A stretch of DNA of 63,412 nt, counting the filler, from Bigelowiella natans CCMP2755 (Eukaryota > Protista > Cercozoa), in NCBI GenBank assembly GCA_000320545.1. It is 7 parts of 7 records of this genome, joined end to end, with 100 filler letters (N's around TTAATTAATTAA, not from the genome) between each part and the next. Parts side by side here need not be neighbours in the genome. Positions count along the whole stretch, not along the records: positions 25,210 to 45,893 come from ADNK01002154.1; 6 more parts are not named here. The stretch is one strand, 5' to 3'. Both the position numbers and the translations under genes were made by a program. The notes below the pieces were generated by a model. That model did no database searches. It was not told where the DNA came from and worked only from the letters and a program-made list of their open reading frames with translations. Below are positions 27,558-41,909 of the stretch, piece by piece (within the stretch, counting starts at the first letter, position 1; each line of letters starts with the position of its first letter).

Positions 27558-28135
27558 AGAGAGAGAGAAGGAGAGGGAGGGGGAGAGAAAGAGAGGGAGG
27601 GGGAGAGAAAGAGACGAAATCCTTTCTCCTCTACCTTCGACAGGCTATTGGCAGAATTCTGTTATTCTTCAAGCTGTACATTGATTCCGAGAAGGAGTTC
27701 CTCGAAGGAGATGTAAGATACTATACCATCGAATCCATCACAACAACAACATCATCAACAACAACAACAATCGCGGCGGCAGCAATATTGACGCCCACGT
27801 GGTTGGACGATGCAATTGATATGCCACGACTGCGTAGCAGCCGCGCGGATTGCGTTATTCTTCCTTCCACAAGCTGAACCCCCGTCTCCTACTACACACC
27901 GACCGATAACAGGAGAAAAAGAGCAAGAAAAAGAAACGACGAAAGAAGAAAAAGGACAAGTTGTTCGGCGGCCTTCTCGCGGATACCGTGGACTCATCAT
28001 CCGGGGAGGAGATTCCAAAGTGCTGCAAGGAGCTCATCGAGTACGTGGATGGAAATGTGTGGGGAAAGCACAGGCCCCATTCTCTCGTTCTCCCTCTTCT
28101 CGAAACTCACACCTCCAAAAGAAAGAAAGAACGAA

Positions 28136-28171
<36 letters not shown>

Positions 28172-28847
28172 GGGGGTGGAGGGGCCAATATACATATCTC
28201 TCTTACTGCACACGATGCGTGCTGCAGGTTTCTACGGTCTAACGGCTTGGAAACAGAAGGGCTCTTTCGCGTACCAGGCCACCACTCAGAGATAAACAGC
28301 ATTCAAAAGGCTTACGAGAAGGGCGAGTCGGTGGAGCTCAAAGAGGTGCATGATGCTGGGGGCGTGTTGAAGAAGGTACGTTTCTGCTTCTTCGGTAGTA
28401 GAAAAACAAGAGGGAGAATCAATCAGCTGCTATTTATTCACATCGCAACCTGCAACTGACGAGACTGCCGCCTTTCCTCTGCCCCCCCCATACCCCCTCT
28501 CCCCCTTGCCTTGCGGTTGGTGATGCAAACATTCCTGCTTTCAATATGAACATCTACTTCATCACTCTTCTTCAGTATCATCATCGTCACCACCATCACC
28601 ATTATTATTATTACATTCTAAAATAGTTTTTCCGCGAACTGAAAGAGCCTATAATCCCAGCATCGCACCTCACTAGTGTGCTAGAGGTAGTGGATCTTGC
28701 AAGGGAGGGGGGAGGAGGGAGGAGGGAGAGGGGGGATGGAGTACCGTTCCCTTACCGCCGTATTCGCCGATTTTCCATGCATGTCTTCTTGCTGAGCGTG
28801 ATAGAAATTAAACGAAATACCCACTTCAATATTTGTAACATATACTT

Positions 28848-28883
<36 letters not shown>

Positions 28884-28968
28884 AGAGAGAGGGGGAGAGA
28901 GTGAGATTTTTTTATGAAATTATATTTAGTAAAGTTAATTATAATATAATACTTAGAAAGAGAGAGAG

Positions 28969-29011
<43 letters not shown>

Positions 29012-30103
29012 GGGCGCATGAACCTCTCTCATGAATGTTGATGACCAGATCGCTGAGTCGAAGGAGTCAGAAGCTGGAAAGATAGAGAAGATAAAGTAAG
29101 CAAAACTAGTAGGATATGATGATGGCTTGGTTTTTGGAGTGTTATACTACAAACGACACGCTGTGGAAGTGATGATGATGATAAATGATACGTACCAGGT
29201 TCTTGCTTTCCACGTTCCCGAACATCAATCGAGCATTGCTGGCGTATCTCATTCTCTTCCTGCACGAGGTGCTTCTGTTTGCTGCTGCATCATCGTCGTT
29301 TTTCGGTTTCAACTACTACTACATCGTTTGTGCCACAGATAGTAGTAACAATAGATAATGATAACGTCGAAAATGTATTAAAAACGATTAGGCAAAAAGC
29401 GCATATTCATTAGTGGGATGATTATACGTGAGGGTGTGTGTCTGTGTGGTGCTTTAAGTGGGAAATCTCACGAAACCCAACGTTGTCGTCTGTCATTGTT
29501 TTGGATATGCGTTAGATCTCCTTGCACGCGGACACGAACAAGATGGGCGTGAAGAATCTTGCGGTCGTCTGGGCGCCTAATCTCTTCACCAGCACGTGCA
29601 TGCAGTTCCAACAGATGTTCCGCGCGGTGGAGCTGCTCATTCGCAACGCTAAGCTAATATTTGGCATGGTTACAGGTGGATGATGCTTCTCATCAAATAT
29701 ATTTATATATGTTTAAATAAATATATATATATATATATATATATGTAATCGATCAGCTGCCACTGCGACTGGTGCCACACGGAGCTTAAAGATGAAGAAG
29801 AAGCACAAGCGATCGCAGAGCTCTCGGTCGTACAACCTCTATAGCACTCTTTCCCTTTCCAAACGAAACATTAATAGTAATAACGAGAAGGGGGGCAGCA
29901 CCACCACTAAGGATGTCGCACTGAGGGCCGCTGAGATATTCGGCTCGCAGTTCTCCAGCTCGCACGCCTCTCCCGCAAAAGAGAGAAAGAAAATAGTCGC
30001 GCCCAAACCGAGGGAGAAGGCGGATGGGGAGGAACAGAGGACTGTGAATCTTCACCTCTCCACATCCGAAACCGACACTTTAAAAAGAAATAATGCCACC
30101 TGA
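25210..30103 (+). CDS. RhoGAP-domain protein (5' truncated by gap; may continue to 33639)
   Basis: LFGGLLAD...IPKCCKELIE|FLRSNGLETEGLFRVPG (arginine finger)...VHDAGGVLKK|FFRELKEPII...NKMGVKNLAVVWAPNLF, about 27950-29670. Confidence 0.9.
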
Positions 30104-30187
30104 TGTATATGTGAAAGAAAAGGGAGGAGAGATGGGGATGAATCTGCATGCAATTCGTGAATTGATCGTTGTGATTCCTTCGACTTT

Positions 30188-30231
<44 letters not shown>

Positions 30232-30329
30232 CTAATATACCTTATGTGTGCGTGTGTACGCGCACTCCACCGACGACAAGATGTATTAGAGTCTCTGAGA
30301 AATCTAGCTATAGAGCAGTCAGTTGATCG

Positions 30330-31140
30330 CAGTTGTTGAACCATAAGTTGATAAGATGTTTCGGACGATGTTGTTTACTATCTGGAAATATATTTATACA
30401 TTCACATTGTCATTGGTTGCTACTTTGGCATTAAAATTGGTCGAATTGTCTCTTTTTACATTGGAAATTCATTGCGATTGCCCTTCCTTGCCTACCGTTG
30501 CTTGCCATTCACATATATGTTTTGGGTGAATACATATCATGCAACTTTATAATGGGCAATCGTAAATCAATGCCATTTGGATAATAAATATGCTCTGCGC
30601 GATTGGTATTTGGAACCCTTGGCATTGGCGGCATAAATGCTACATTACATATTGGACCATCACATTTCCGCACATACATCATTTCATTATTTTCCATGAA
30701 ATATATGCTTTATGTACCATCAATAAATAATCGCTCACAAATATGCACATTTACACGACTTTTCTATGACACAAAAATGATGACTGGCGTATTGGACTCG
30801 GTCTTCATGTGAAATCTTTTTTCGCGTTTCGTTGATAATGCATGCACTTTGATGCATGATGGATATTCAACATCTAATTCTATGACGTTTTGCATTGTGC
30901 AATGATACATGACATGGCTCACATTTTAATTTTTCGTCGTTGCTCATTTTTAATGCAATGTTTCGTACCGTCCGTCTGCATTTACGAATGAAATCATCTA
31001 CACTAATATGTGTTGTTCTAAAATTTGGGCATACTCGACGAATGCGCACGAATTTGTATGACTGCAATGTTCCCTTTGCATCATTGCATCTGTTGGTTAT
31101 TATCAACTTGATTTGATTTCGAAGAATTGGTAACAGCATC
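30330..31140 (-). mobile_element. Decayed AT-rich transposon relic, possibly Mutator/MULE transposase
   Basis: Minus-strand HICERLFIDGT* in frame with YFMENN...CNV...PNTNRAE resembles MULE DGT and YF..NW..WNV..PRTNN.AE motifs with an internal deletion; many stops; TpG/CpA-rich, no microsatellites. Confidence 0.4.
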
Positions 31141-31180
31141 TCTGGGCTTCCTCGTCACATTTACTCTCACCCTGAGCTAG

Positions 31181-31429
31181 CTCGTAACAAAGGTGGTATT
31201 CCAGAGTTGCTGGTACCATCAACAGTGGGTGGGGGTGGTAGAGCATCGACTGCTAGGCATAGTGTTGTCAATATGACACCTTTTGGAAGATCAGCTACTC
31301 CTGTCTTGATGATGAGGCCAACTTTAACTCCAGCGGTAATGATCTTTCAGCATCATTTTATAGATACAGTACTCTGAGTAACATGACGGCGGCTGATGAC
31401 CCATTCTACAAAACACATGACGAACACAT

Positions 31430-31472
<43 letters not shown>

Positions 31473-32422
31473 TCCCTCACATGTATATAATCCATGTAGA
31501 AATGCATATTTTCTCCTTATTTTCCCTCGGAATGCAAGCGCGTAGAATAATTTATAACTCTTGTGACAGATACGCCGTGATGGAAAACGAAATTCGTTGG
31601 CGGAAGTGCTCAGCAAGCGAACTAGCAAGTCGATGACCTCCCTGGCACCAAGTGCTGCCATCAGGAATTTATCAACCAGTAATCCGTAAATAATGTGACT
31701 GTTGGCACAAATTAGCTAGCCATGTAAATCCGTGAAGATGCCTTGTAAAGCCCTTTGTAAAACCTCTCCTGAAAACAGTGTTGTTTCAAGGTTCAGCTGA
31801 GGATGAGCGGGCCAACCAGAAAGCCCAAGATTCAGTTGGCCTTTCCCCCAGGGCGAGCTCCAATTCTACCAGGCGTATGAGTGCTGCCTCAACGACGCCC
31901 AACAAGATGAAAATTGCTGATGAACAAGGAGGGAAGCAAAAACCTTCTGATCACAAATCTCACGGTGTCACATTGTTAATTTTAGTTGCATTTGCTTTGA
32001 ATCTGATGCTGAGGGGTTTGTACACACTGATACTTCAGGAACAAACGAGACAGTCTTATCCGAAGCGAACAGCCCTTCCGCAAACGCTATCGCCAAGATT
32101 GTCCCGATGAACCCCATCGAATTGCCGCGCCCTGCACTCACTGACGATGCTGTCAACACTCTGGAAAGGGTGAGAAATCTGATAGCAAATTGTATTTGAA
32201 TATTTGAATAAGCATCCATTTGTGCTCTAGGCAAGCAGCGATAATGAACGTGGCCAGGCCACCTCCGAATTAGTGGTTATTGAATTTGACTTTGAACAGC
32301 TTAAATCTATGTCTAATACAGTAAACATCATAGGTTGAGGATCATCGTGATCAAGACGCCGATGCTTCCTCCATTGCAGCCACCATCTCAGCATCTCGCC
32401 ACTTAGGTGAGCACACACTCTA

Positions 32423-32461
<39 letters not shown>

Positions 32462-33639
32462 CAAGTGTTTTGTGTCAAACTATTGACCCTCTCAACGTTT
32501 CTCCGTTTTGTCGTGATACCCAGGTTCTCCTTCCCCTTCCTTCGGTGCTTCACGGCGAAAGCAAACTAATAGCTCAATCGGAAGTTTCGCCCGAAAATTG
32601 CATGCGGACAGTCGTATCACGCTCACATCAGAGCTGCTTCCTGACAGTCGCCTCACGTTCACCTCAGACATGAGTACGTTGTTGATTTGTATTGTCACAT
32701 TCGCAACACGAGCATTCAGTGTTGTACAGTTGCAATCATACACGTGTTTCAGGTTTCGACATTGAGCGGGAAATGAGCGTGGCTAGTGCTGCTGGCAGCG
32801 TGCAGTCTGGAGTTCCAGGCCCTTGGCGTTTTCACCACTCCAGCAATAACTCCGTTGGAGCAAGATCCCCATCGGGTAGTAGAGTTCATGAAATTTTGAT
32901 GAACATTTTCCATGTCCAGTCACGAGACTCAAAGTGAAACTAGAGAGCGAAAGTGTGCGACTGGCGTCAGATCTCTTCGTTTGTTATCTCACTTCACCTC
33001 TTGCTTGCGTATACACTAGCTGGACTCCGTGCGATCCCAAGTGAAACAGACCTCTCAATGCTCAACACCACAATGTCGGTTAAGTCTGAGAACAAACAGT
33101 TAAATCATTTTGCATCTGACATTAGCATGTCAAGAGCAAGCGAGGTTGTTGCACCAAGTCAATCCAGGCCGACCTCTCCAGACGCTAAGAAGCTGTCAGC
33201 AGTTGGAGGCGGTTCGAAGGTGTCTTTTGTTGGCATCCCAGAGGATCATCCAATCTCCAAACGTCAGAATCGCGAGAAGAAATCCAGTGTGAGAGATGAT
33301 GCTGTGGGCGGTGACGTTGATGCACATGTTGAAGGCGAAGAAGGGGAGCGGGACAACAGAATGCCTAGAAGTGGCACGAATCAATCGGTTGTCTCAATGC
33401 TAGCTGTTATTAACGGTGGTGATGGGCATCGTAGGGGGAGGTCCTGGAGCAAAGATGACAACAACAGCGAGGCAGCTGTTTCTGGAGCTTTGGCGAGCGA
33501 CAAGGAAAAAAAAATCATCGGTGACTTTGGGGAAGATGACAACTATTTAAGCGTTGAGAACAAAAGCCACAAGAGCTTAGCAGTGTCGAGCACAGCTGCG
33601 GTTCGGGATTCAGCAGATAGGCAATCTCTGGATGAGTAG
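31181..33639 (+). CDS. Multi-exon Ser-rich disordered coding region (probable C-terminal tail of the RhoGAP, or a separate hypothetical gene)
   Basis: GT-AG bounded exons (ARNKGGIPELLVPST..., GSAEDERANQK..., GFDIEREMSVAS...) and a 200+ codon terminal exon ending SADRQSLDE*. Confidence 0.6.
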
Positions 33640-34535
33640 GCACGAAGCTAAGTCATGCAGCTGTGTTTGGCTGACCTGGTGTCATGCCGCAAACGGCAAA
33701 TTGTTTTCGAACATGCGATTTGTTCTTCAGTTTCTCGATTTCCTGCTTTTCGTTCGTAGCACTATTTCCCCATTGTGTCCATGCTAGCATGGCACGAGGA
33801 CAAATCCCGATGTGTCGAGTTCTAGAGGGACGACTGGTAGACGTTCTGGTCCAAATAGCGACAAGTACTTTAATTTTTACTGCATCTCTACTGAAAAGCA
33901 CACCCGCGACAGCTTGTGGACAATGCACTCGAGTTGATGTTGAATGAGGTTTCCTGAATGTCTCTGTGTCTACATCACTCTATCTAGCTATATGAACATG
34001 TCGTACGCACTAACGCTACGTGGTTTCAATGGTACGGTGCCCGCACTGCTATGAATGTTCAGGGCTGGCTAGCTGGCCCCAAGTCATGTTGTTCTTTCGC
34101 ATGTGATGCGCGGCGCTGTAGCGCTAGCTGCATGCAGTGGATCGCCGGCTAGCCGGGATGCAGAAAACTCTAGAATCGCATAAGTGTACATTTCAAAACA
34201 CTTGTCCTTTCATTCGCACAGTATTTGCTTTGGCGATACCGTGCTCACTCACAGCTGACAGCTATCGCATCTTCATGAAAAGCTGCATAGCACAGCTAGA
34301 CAGCGCAGGCCACGGCTGTGCAGTGGAACAATTCATGCTATCTAGCTATGTTTGTCGTAATGGTGCTACGATATGGCATGTGCACGGTGACATGGTACAT
34401 ATCGCATCGACCAACTACTCTAGGTCGGTTTTATGATATAGACAAAACCCTCACGTTACTACCATTCGGGAGAGAAGCACACGTAATACGTTCAACAAGT
34501 AATACGTTCAACAAGCCTGTGCCTGGTTGCAACTA

Positions 34536-34986
34536 CTAATTCTTGTTCTTCTTCTCCTTCTTCTTGGCAAGTTTCCTTGCTTCTTTCTCGGCCTTCTTCG
34601 CCTGTTTCTCCTGGCGACGCTCTATGTCCGCCTGGGCCTTCAGCTTCTCCATCGAGTTATAGATGACCGCGTAATTCACCTGGTAATTTAGATGACATGT
34701 GCTGCATGAATAGGAACGAGCTACCTCTGATGATGGTGGTGGTGGTGATGATGATGATGATAATAGTCCCCAAGCGTTTGGTATTCGTTGAAAAGGGATT
34801 AGAAGGAGGAAGGAGGAGGAGGAGGAGGAGGAGGAGGAGGAGGAGAGGCGTACAATACGCTGCCAATTTGGTTTCATATTATGTACCGAAATTCTCCATC
34901 ATCATTCTCACTTCTGTGGCATTTTACCCCCCTTGTACTACGATCTTTCCCTAGAGTCTCCCCCGCTCCCCCCCCCCCTCTCTCCA

Positions 34987-35028
<42 letters not shown>

Positions 35029-35687
35029 CTATTTGTGATCATGATCATCATCATTATCGCGTCGTCGTCGTCGTCGTCGTCGTGGTCTTTTCTCACTGAC
35101 ATCCTTCGACGTGAGGTAGGAGTAGGTGTTGTTGAATGTAATCTTCAGCTCACCGATTCCCTAATATACGTTTGAGGGCGACGATAGCGCAACCCATCCA
35201 GCCGCAACATGCAATGCTTCAATATTCGGAAAAAGAGGGCGGGGGGGGGAGGGGAACAACCCGCAGACCGAGCAAAGATGAAGATATCATCGCCGGAGGA
35301 AGGTATTATCATAAGGAGAAGGAATTGCAGACTTACTCCTCCCGCCCCCCCTCTGATTCCTCTTCTACAACGTGGGTGGTGGTGGAAGTCCACGATCCCT
35401 CTGTCTGTTATCGTCTGTGCTGTGCGTGTGTGGCACCTTTGCTACATACTCTCCACTGTGTTCAGTTATACGCGACTCATCTGTTATTTGCGACGACAAT
35501 GATGATAATGGGGAGGATGCGGGCGAAGAAGAGTGTTGGTGGTGATGAGGATTATCATAGAGACTTATACGAAGGAGACGACGGGGAGGGGAACGTAGTG
35601 AGGGGGAGGGGGAATATCTGACGATTCCATGGTGTGACAAGAGCGCGCAAATGAAAACTGCCGCAATATGTTTCCTTCTCTTCAAAG

Positions 35688-35721
<34 letters not shown>

Positions 35722-36474
35722 TTATTTGATGACCAATGAGGGTTTTGGGATTCTTGTCTTTTGCCCCCTTCCACTCCACTCTGATGGATAATGATAATGA
35801 TAATGATGATGATGATGATGATGATGATGATGTGATGGTGGCCCAAACCCTCCACTCGCACACACAAATACGCGTATACTCGTCCGTGAAGCTCTCATTC
35901 CTTCGTTCACGTACTGCTATCATTTCTTATTTCTGAGTATCATCATCATCATTATCGCCGTTGTCATCGTCATCACTTGAAGTCGATGTCTAAGTCGTCC
36001 AGCTTGAAGACCCATTCAAACTTCCCTCCCTTCTTATCCTCGCAAGCATTTACCTACTCATAATAAATCATAATTATTATGATTGTTATTATTATTTTGG
36101 AGAGGAGGGGAGTGGAGGGAACATGTCAACCAACAATCATACATGCTTGCGCAATCGTGTGTGTGTGTGTGTTTTGAGTAGCACGCATGAATACAAATGG
36201 CGGTACCAATTGCAAGAGCTACCACTACTACCACAACTACTACGGCTTTCACGACAGAACTACCACTTCTAATGAGTCTCTTGCTGCCACGTTTTTCGAG
36301 GTCATTTCCTCCTCGCGGTTCTTCATCTTTACTCCTGAGAAGAGATAGTAGTAGAAGTTAAAATGGGTCTTGTGAAGAGTCTACATAATAACTGCTACGA
36401 ATCTCCCCTCCCAAAACCGAAGATCTCTCTCTACGTATTTGTATTCGCACATACGGTTACTATCGAAAGCGCCT

Positions 36475-36511
<37 letters not shown>

Positions 36512-37052
36512 TACTGATATGACCTCGTACTGTCGGAAGCTCCTCGTTATTCTCGCCACCATATTTGATATTTAGCGTTTTCACATCTATCTCCTGGGAG
36601 AGAGGGAAGGGTGGGGGGGGGGGGGGGGAGAGGAGTAACGCAGTATTGTAGCATGATTAAGGAAAGTGGGACTTCGTATGCATGGCCCCCCGCCCTCCCT
36701 CTTCTTCTCTCCTTGTCCCATGCTACCTTGAGAAGTTCCTTCTCATACCCAGAGCTGTACACGCGGACTTTCTCTCTGTGGGGGTTATTATTCGTGGTGA
36801 TGGGTGGGTGCTGCGGGAGGATTCCTTACTACCACCTTGTACATGCCAAGTGCCGGCTACTGCGACTAGGTCGATGAGCAATCATCATTTTACTACTACT
36901 GCTACTACTACTACTACTACTACTACTACTAATACTACCGTGTATTTGGATCGATGAAGTGCTTCACAAGGCCGTAAAGGTAAGGGAATACCTAAGTAGG
37001 AGCCGTGTTCAGTAGTGGTTATCCAGGGCTTTATATATATTATATACATATT

Positions 37053-37109
<57 letters not shown>

Positions 37110-37416
37110 TGTGTGTTGTTCTTGCTGAATCCTCTCTTTGGTCTTGAAATACCCAAGGTGAGTTGACGACGAAAACGGCATTGACGATTTCAGGATAATT
37201 CCTGCGTACGAATGAACAACAATGAATCATCATTGGGAAGGAGGAGGAGGAGGAGGAGGAAGAGGGGGAGGAGGACAACATGACGATAGCGATGTATACA
37301 TAACTGTTCGTCCTGCTGGCTCATATCTTTGAAGTAGGGCACAAAATGCCGCGATTCCATCGAAGATCCTCCCATATCAACTACACATTAGAACATATTA
37401 GGATAACTAAATATTA

Positions 37417-37457
<41 letters not shown>

Positions 37458-37601
37458 TTTCATGCTCTGCTCTGAATCCTAAGGGCGTTGGATCCATTCT
37501 TGAAACCTTCTTCGCTTGACTGCGGCACACTTCGGACTTATGATCGTTCAATCAATCAATCATCACATACATCACCACACATCGTCCTTCTCTTCCCTAC
37601 C

Positions 37602-37633
<32 letters not shown>

Positions 37634-38008
37634 CATCATCCTTTTCATCACGGCAGTTTCTTATACCTACGACGGTTGTTTGGAAGATCGGTCGCTTTTC
37701 CTTCTTCGACTGCAAGATTTTTACAAATGGCAGACATCATTGTTCGCTCTCGTTCTCCTTCCCCCCCCCCCCCCCCCCCCCCCCCGTCCCAAGCTAAAAT
37801 ATGCATAAACTATGCATAAACTGGGTGCAAGATATATGCCAGAAAGTGTCCCAGAGGCAGCAGGATGGCGTTTATTAGTTAAGCATTGTGATTGGAAGTA
37901 CCGCTTCCAGTAATTTTCTCATGAGGTTCTCCATAAACATCGTGTGATGCTGAGGGTGGGGGAGGGGGAGAGAGGGGGGAGAGGTGGCAACCAAACAACA
38001 TTTTAAGG

Positions 38009-38049
<41 letters not shown>

Positions 38050-38297
38050 GTCGCAGATCACGCCGGTGACGTGTGAGTACGATGGCGTCGATATACTACA
38101 TCCAATCAGGGCATCATGTGTAGGATGCGAAGTTCCATGACACCTTGTGGTTCTGCTCTCTTGTGACCAGCTTTGCGAACTGCAGAAGAGACTCAAGATT
38201 ACAGCTTGGCCAGCAGTGATTCAGACACCACATCACTAGCTCAAATCGAAAACGAAGCAATTTTTGCCTAGATACAACTGCCCATTCACGCTACTAC

Positions 38298-38373
<76 letters not shown>

Positions 38374-38428
38374 TCAGATCAGATTTCTCTATACATACCA
38401 TGCAATGTCGCTGTCGTTGTTACGAGCA

Positions 38429-38466
<38 letters not shown>

Positions 38467-39679
38467 CACCACATTCCTTTGTTTTTCCTTCTCCTACTCA
38501 TAACTACTCCTCCTACCCTGGAAGCAGGTATGGAACCTAGGTCCTCGTAGAGAATGGGTCGACCTCCTTTATCGTATCTATAGATGATAAATTAGGAGGA
38601 GGAGGGGGGAGGGAGGAGGAGGAGGAGGAGGACATTTGATCGTCATAAGTAGTGCAGTTTTATATTACTAGCAAACAAATCACAAACTTAACCTCCTTTA
38701 ACTTATGGAGATCGGTGCCAAGTATTACACACACACACACACACACACACAAATACACTCACTCACTCACATATGCATGCATGCATACATGCAGCAATAC
38801 CCGGACAATTTATAGGGGAACAAGCTCTCGATGAGTTCCACCTAGACAACGAGTGGGAGGAGGAGGCGGAGAAGGAGGAGGAGGAGAAGAAGGAGGAGGA
38901 GAAGGGGGGAGGGGGGGGGGAAGCGGGAAGAAAAGTGAGCAGGAAAAATTGCACTTTTGAAGAGATGTCACACGTTGTATTCATCTCTCGCGGAAGATGG
39001 AGCAGCACTCCTCCTATTTACCAAGTCCTCCTTTTCCTGAGCCCATTCGAAGATCTTATCTACTTTCTCGTCTTCACGGTACTTTCTCATGGCCTGGCAG
39101 TACACGTTCATGTGCAGCAAGCAACGTTCGCGTGATCAAGTTTCAGAATTTTCAATCGTTACGACTTGTGGACGGTGATTCTCTTCTACCTTCTAGCACT
39201 ATTGCCGGAAAAATACGATTATTTGCGACAAAACACTAACAACTATTGTCGAAGCAACGATGATAACCAACCTACCTGATATTGCTTTTTTGCGACTTCA
39301 AAATCCCACTTCTTCGCCTTGAGGAAGCGATAGAGTGCGAGATCATCTTGTACGCCGTCAAACGGGGCATCTTCGGGAATTTTCTACGAGCAAACAGTGT
39401 TGCACCAGATTACGGGGGCTGCTCACTCAGTCAATTGGTTAAGTTCGTTTCGCGTGGTCCTACCATCTCGGCTCTGAGCTTCAGGATCATTTCTTTTTGA
39501 TCGTTCGAAAGATCAAGCCTAGAAAATGTACGTTCATCATGGAGCCAGATGCAAAGGTTTGCTGGCACACAGACATCATTGGTATCGATTGGTAGAGGCA
39601 GGACATCAATCACGTGCTACACGTTGCGGCTCATCCCAGGAACAGGAACTTACTGGCCAAGAATATCGAAGTCTGCCAT
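34536..39679 (-). CDS. Sec14/CRAL-TRIO lipid-binding protein with probable C-terminal GOLD domain
   Basis: MADFDILGQ|LDLSNDQKEMILKLRAEM|...DDLALYRFLKAKKWDFEVAK (CRAL-TRIO N); YDKGGRPILYEDLG; DMGG; NYPEIVNAVFVVNSPWVF; LVKHFIDP; KYGG; FEWVFKLDDLDIDF (GOLD-like); Lys-rich tail. Confidence 0.88.
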
Positions 39680-40132
39680 GCTTATTCACTCCTCTCTCTC
39701 TCTCTCCCTCCGTGCTTTCTGGGCTCTTCAGGTGGCGAACTTCGATGCGAGTATCAGAGGGGGCAAGCGTACTGCACACACTAGAAATACCAACAGCAAG
39801 GAAGCAAGTGTGCCTAATCATTGTAAATCATCAGAAATATATCTAAATTTTTTAGCCCAAATTTACTTTCAGTTTAGAGCTCATACAGTCTAAAAGGTAT
39901 CGACGAATGACTGTGGATACTTCCCGTCTGCTTCCCAGATATTCCAGAGACTATGAGAGATCTATAGTCTCTGAAATATCTCTAAAAATCGCCGCGAGAT
40001 ACATGAAGAAATATCCAAGAAAAAAGGCGACGAATTTTAATCCCCGCGAATATCGGATAGTACCGATTTTGCGCATAGAAAACCGCGCACACAATAAATC
40101 TCATCCCCCCGCGCTTTTCAACCACCCCCAAC

Positions 40133-40945
40133 ATGGATAAGATCATTGAAGAACTTCGCGGATCCGAAGATGCCATCCAGCAAGGCATGCAGCTTGTTAA
40201 GGCTGCTGAGCATGCTGAACGCTACAAGGACATGTGCTCCCTGATGCGCATGGTGGTCGACCTTGCCCACGCCAAGAACGAAGATCTTGACACTGAAGGA
40301 CGGAACCTGCTCTCTGTTGGCTACAAAAACCTTGTTGGAGCAGGCCGCGGTTCTCACAGACATGTTAAGCACCAGATGGATCACAAGGAAGGTGATTTGA
40401 TGCCCGGTTACTTGAGCGTGATTGCAAAGGAGACAACTGACATCTGCAAGGAGGTTCTCGAGGTCCTTGAGAAGAAGCTTATTCCTAAGATAGTTCAGCT
40501 CAGGGAAGCTGAAAAAGATGAGGCTAAGAAGAAGGATAAGGTAGAGGCATCTATTTTCTACCTCAAAATGGCCGGTGACTACTACCGCTACCTAGCTGAG
40601 ATTGACAAGGCAAACGGCTACGACAAGAAAGCTAAGGACCTCTACCTCCAAGGAACCGAGCTTGCTGCGGAGCACCTCGAGCCAACTGATCCCATCCGAC
40701 TTGGATTGGCTCTAAACCTTTCTGTGTGCTACTATGAGATCCTCAACAACAAGAAGGAAGCATGCCGCCTCGCGAAACAGGCTTTCGACGATGCGATCTC
40801 CAAACTCGACAGACTCGAGGAGGTTCAATACAAAGATGCTACTCTCATCATGCAGCTCCTCCGGGACAACCTTACGTTGTGGACAACAAATGACAATGAA
40901 GAAGGTGGCGAGGAGGAAGATCTTCAGGTCGAGAATGCTGAGTAA
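40133..40945 (+). CDS. 14-3-3 protein, intronless, divergent N-terminus
   Basis: RNLLSVGYKN, FYLKMAGDYYRYLAE, PIRLGLALN.SV.YYEILN, LAKQAFDDAI, YKDATLIMQLLRDNLTLW. Confidence 0.97.
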   Translation: MDKIIEELRGSEDAIQQGMQLVKAAEHAERYKDMCSLMRMVVDLAHAKNEDLDTEGRNLLSVGYKNLVGAGRGSHRHVKHQMDHKEGDLMPGYLSVIAKETTDICKEVLEVLEKKLIPKIVQLREAEKDEAKKKDKVEASIFYLKMAGDYYRYLAEIDKANGYDKKAKDLYLQGTELAAEHLEPTDPIRLGLALNLSVCYYEILNNKKEACRLAKQAFDDAISKLDRLEEVQYKDATLIMQLLRDNLTLWTTNDNEEGGEEEDLQVENAE

Positions 40946-41909
40946 GTGTCAGCGTTCTTTGCGTTGCTGAACCTCCAGAGCCATGTGCAATTCCTACTCT
41001 CCTCTCCGTTTCTTGATTTTTGGATATGTACCACCGTATGGCAATCAACATGTATATTTTTCTTTCCTTACACGACAAAGAATGATATTCTCTCTAGAAT
41101 TAGACGCTGCGAGAAATAAGCATGAGCGATATTGCCGACAGACTTGCATCTGGTGCGTTGTTGTGGACATCGCATTGAGTAGCTATTGCTCGGGTGCAAG
41201 TGAGAACTTAATCTGTAAATCAATGCGTCTAACGGATGTTTCTATCCAGTTCGAAACTACGCCATTTGTGCAATGTTTGATAGCGCTAAATTTAGAGCTA
41301 GGCACGCACGCCTTTATTTATGTAAAATCTGTAGAAAATGCTATACACGCATGCACCGGAGCTTGCTTGGACATTCGATGCCCGCCCTTATATAGTATGT
41401 ACGTATAGACGTGCGCACCCCATTATATGTGTTATACACGTGCGATATCTAGGATATGTATGTATTATGCAAATTGTTGCGGCTTTGCGGCATGAATTCA
41501 TTATATGTATTGCATTTGATATACATGCGATGCGATGCATGCCGTGCGAATAAGCGTTTTGCGCCAGCAGCATACGTACGTAGCATGCATGTACGTAGTA
41601 GCTGTGGTCGGTCTAGACCACCAATGCATGATAGCATGTCGTATGCGCATGCAAGAAAATTACAGTAGCTAGTTCGATCGCAGTTCTGCTGTGGACAGGC
41701 TGTATTGTAGCACTTGCTTTTACACGCTAGCACGGTACGCGCGCCCGAAGCTAGCTATAGCTAATGCGATGATAGGCTAGGTTGCCTTGCGTCGATCCCG
41801 TACGTATGTGGTTGTGGTAATAAGTAAAATATCACCACATGTGCGTTGCGTAGCCATATCTAAATACATGTGCGGCGTCGTCCGACTCAGCACTACTCTT
41901 AATATTTTT

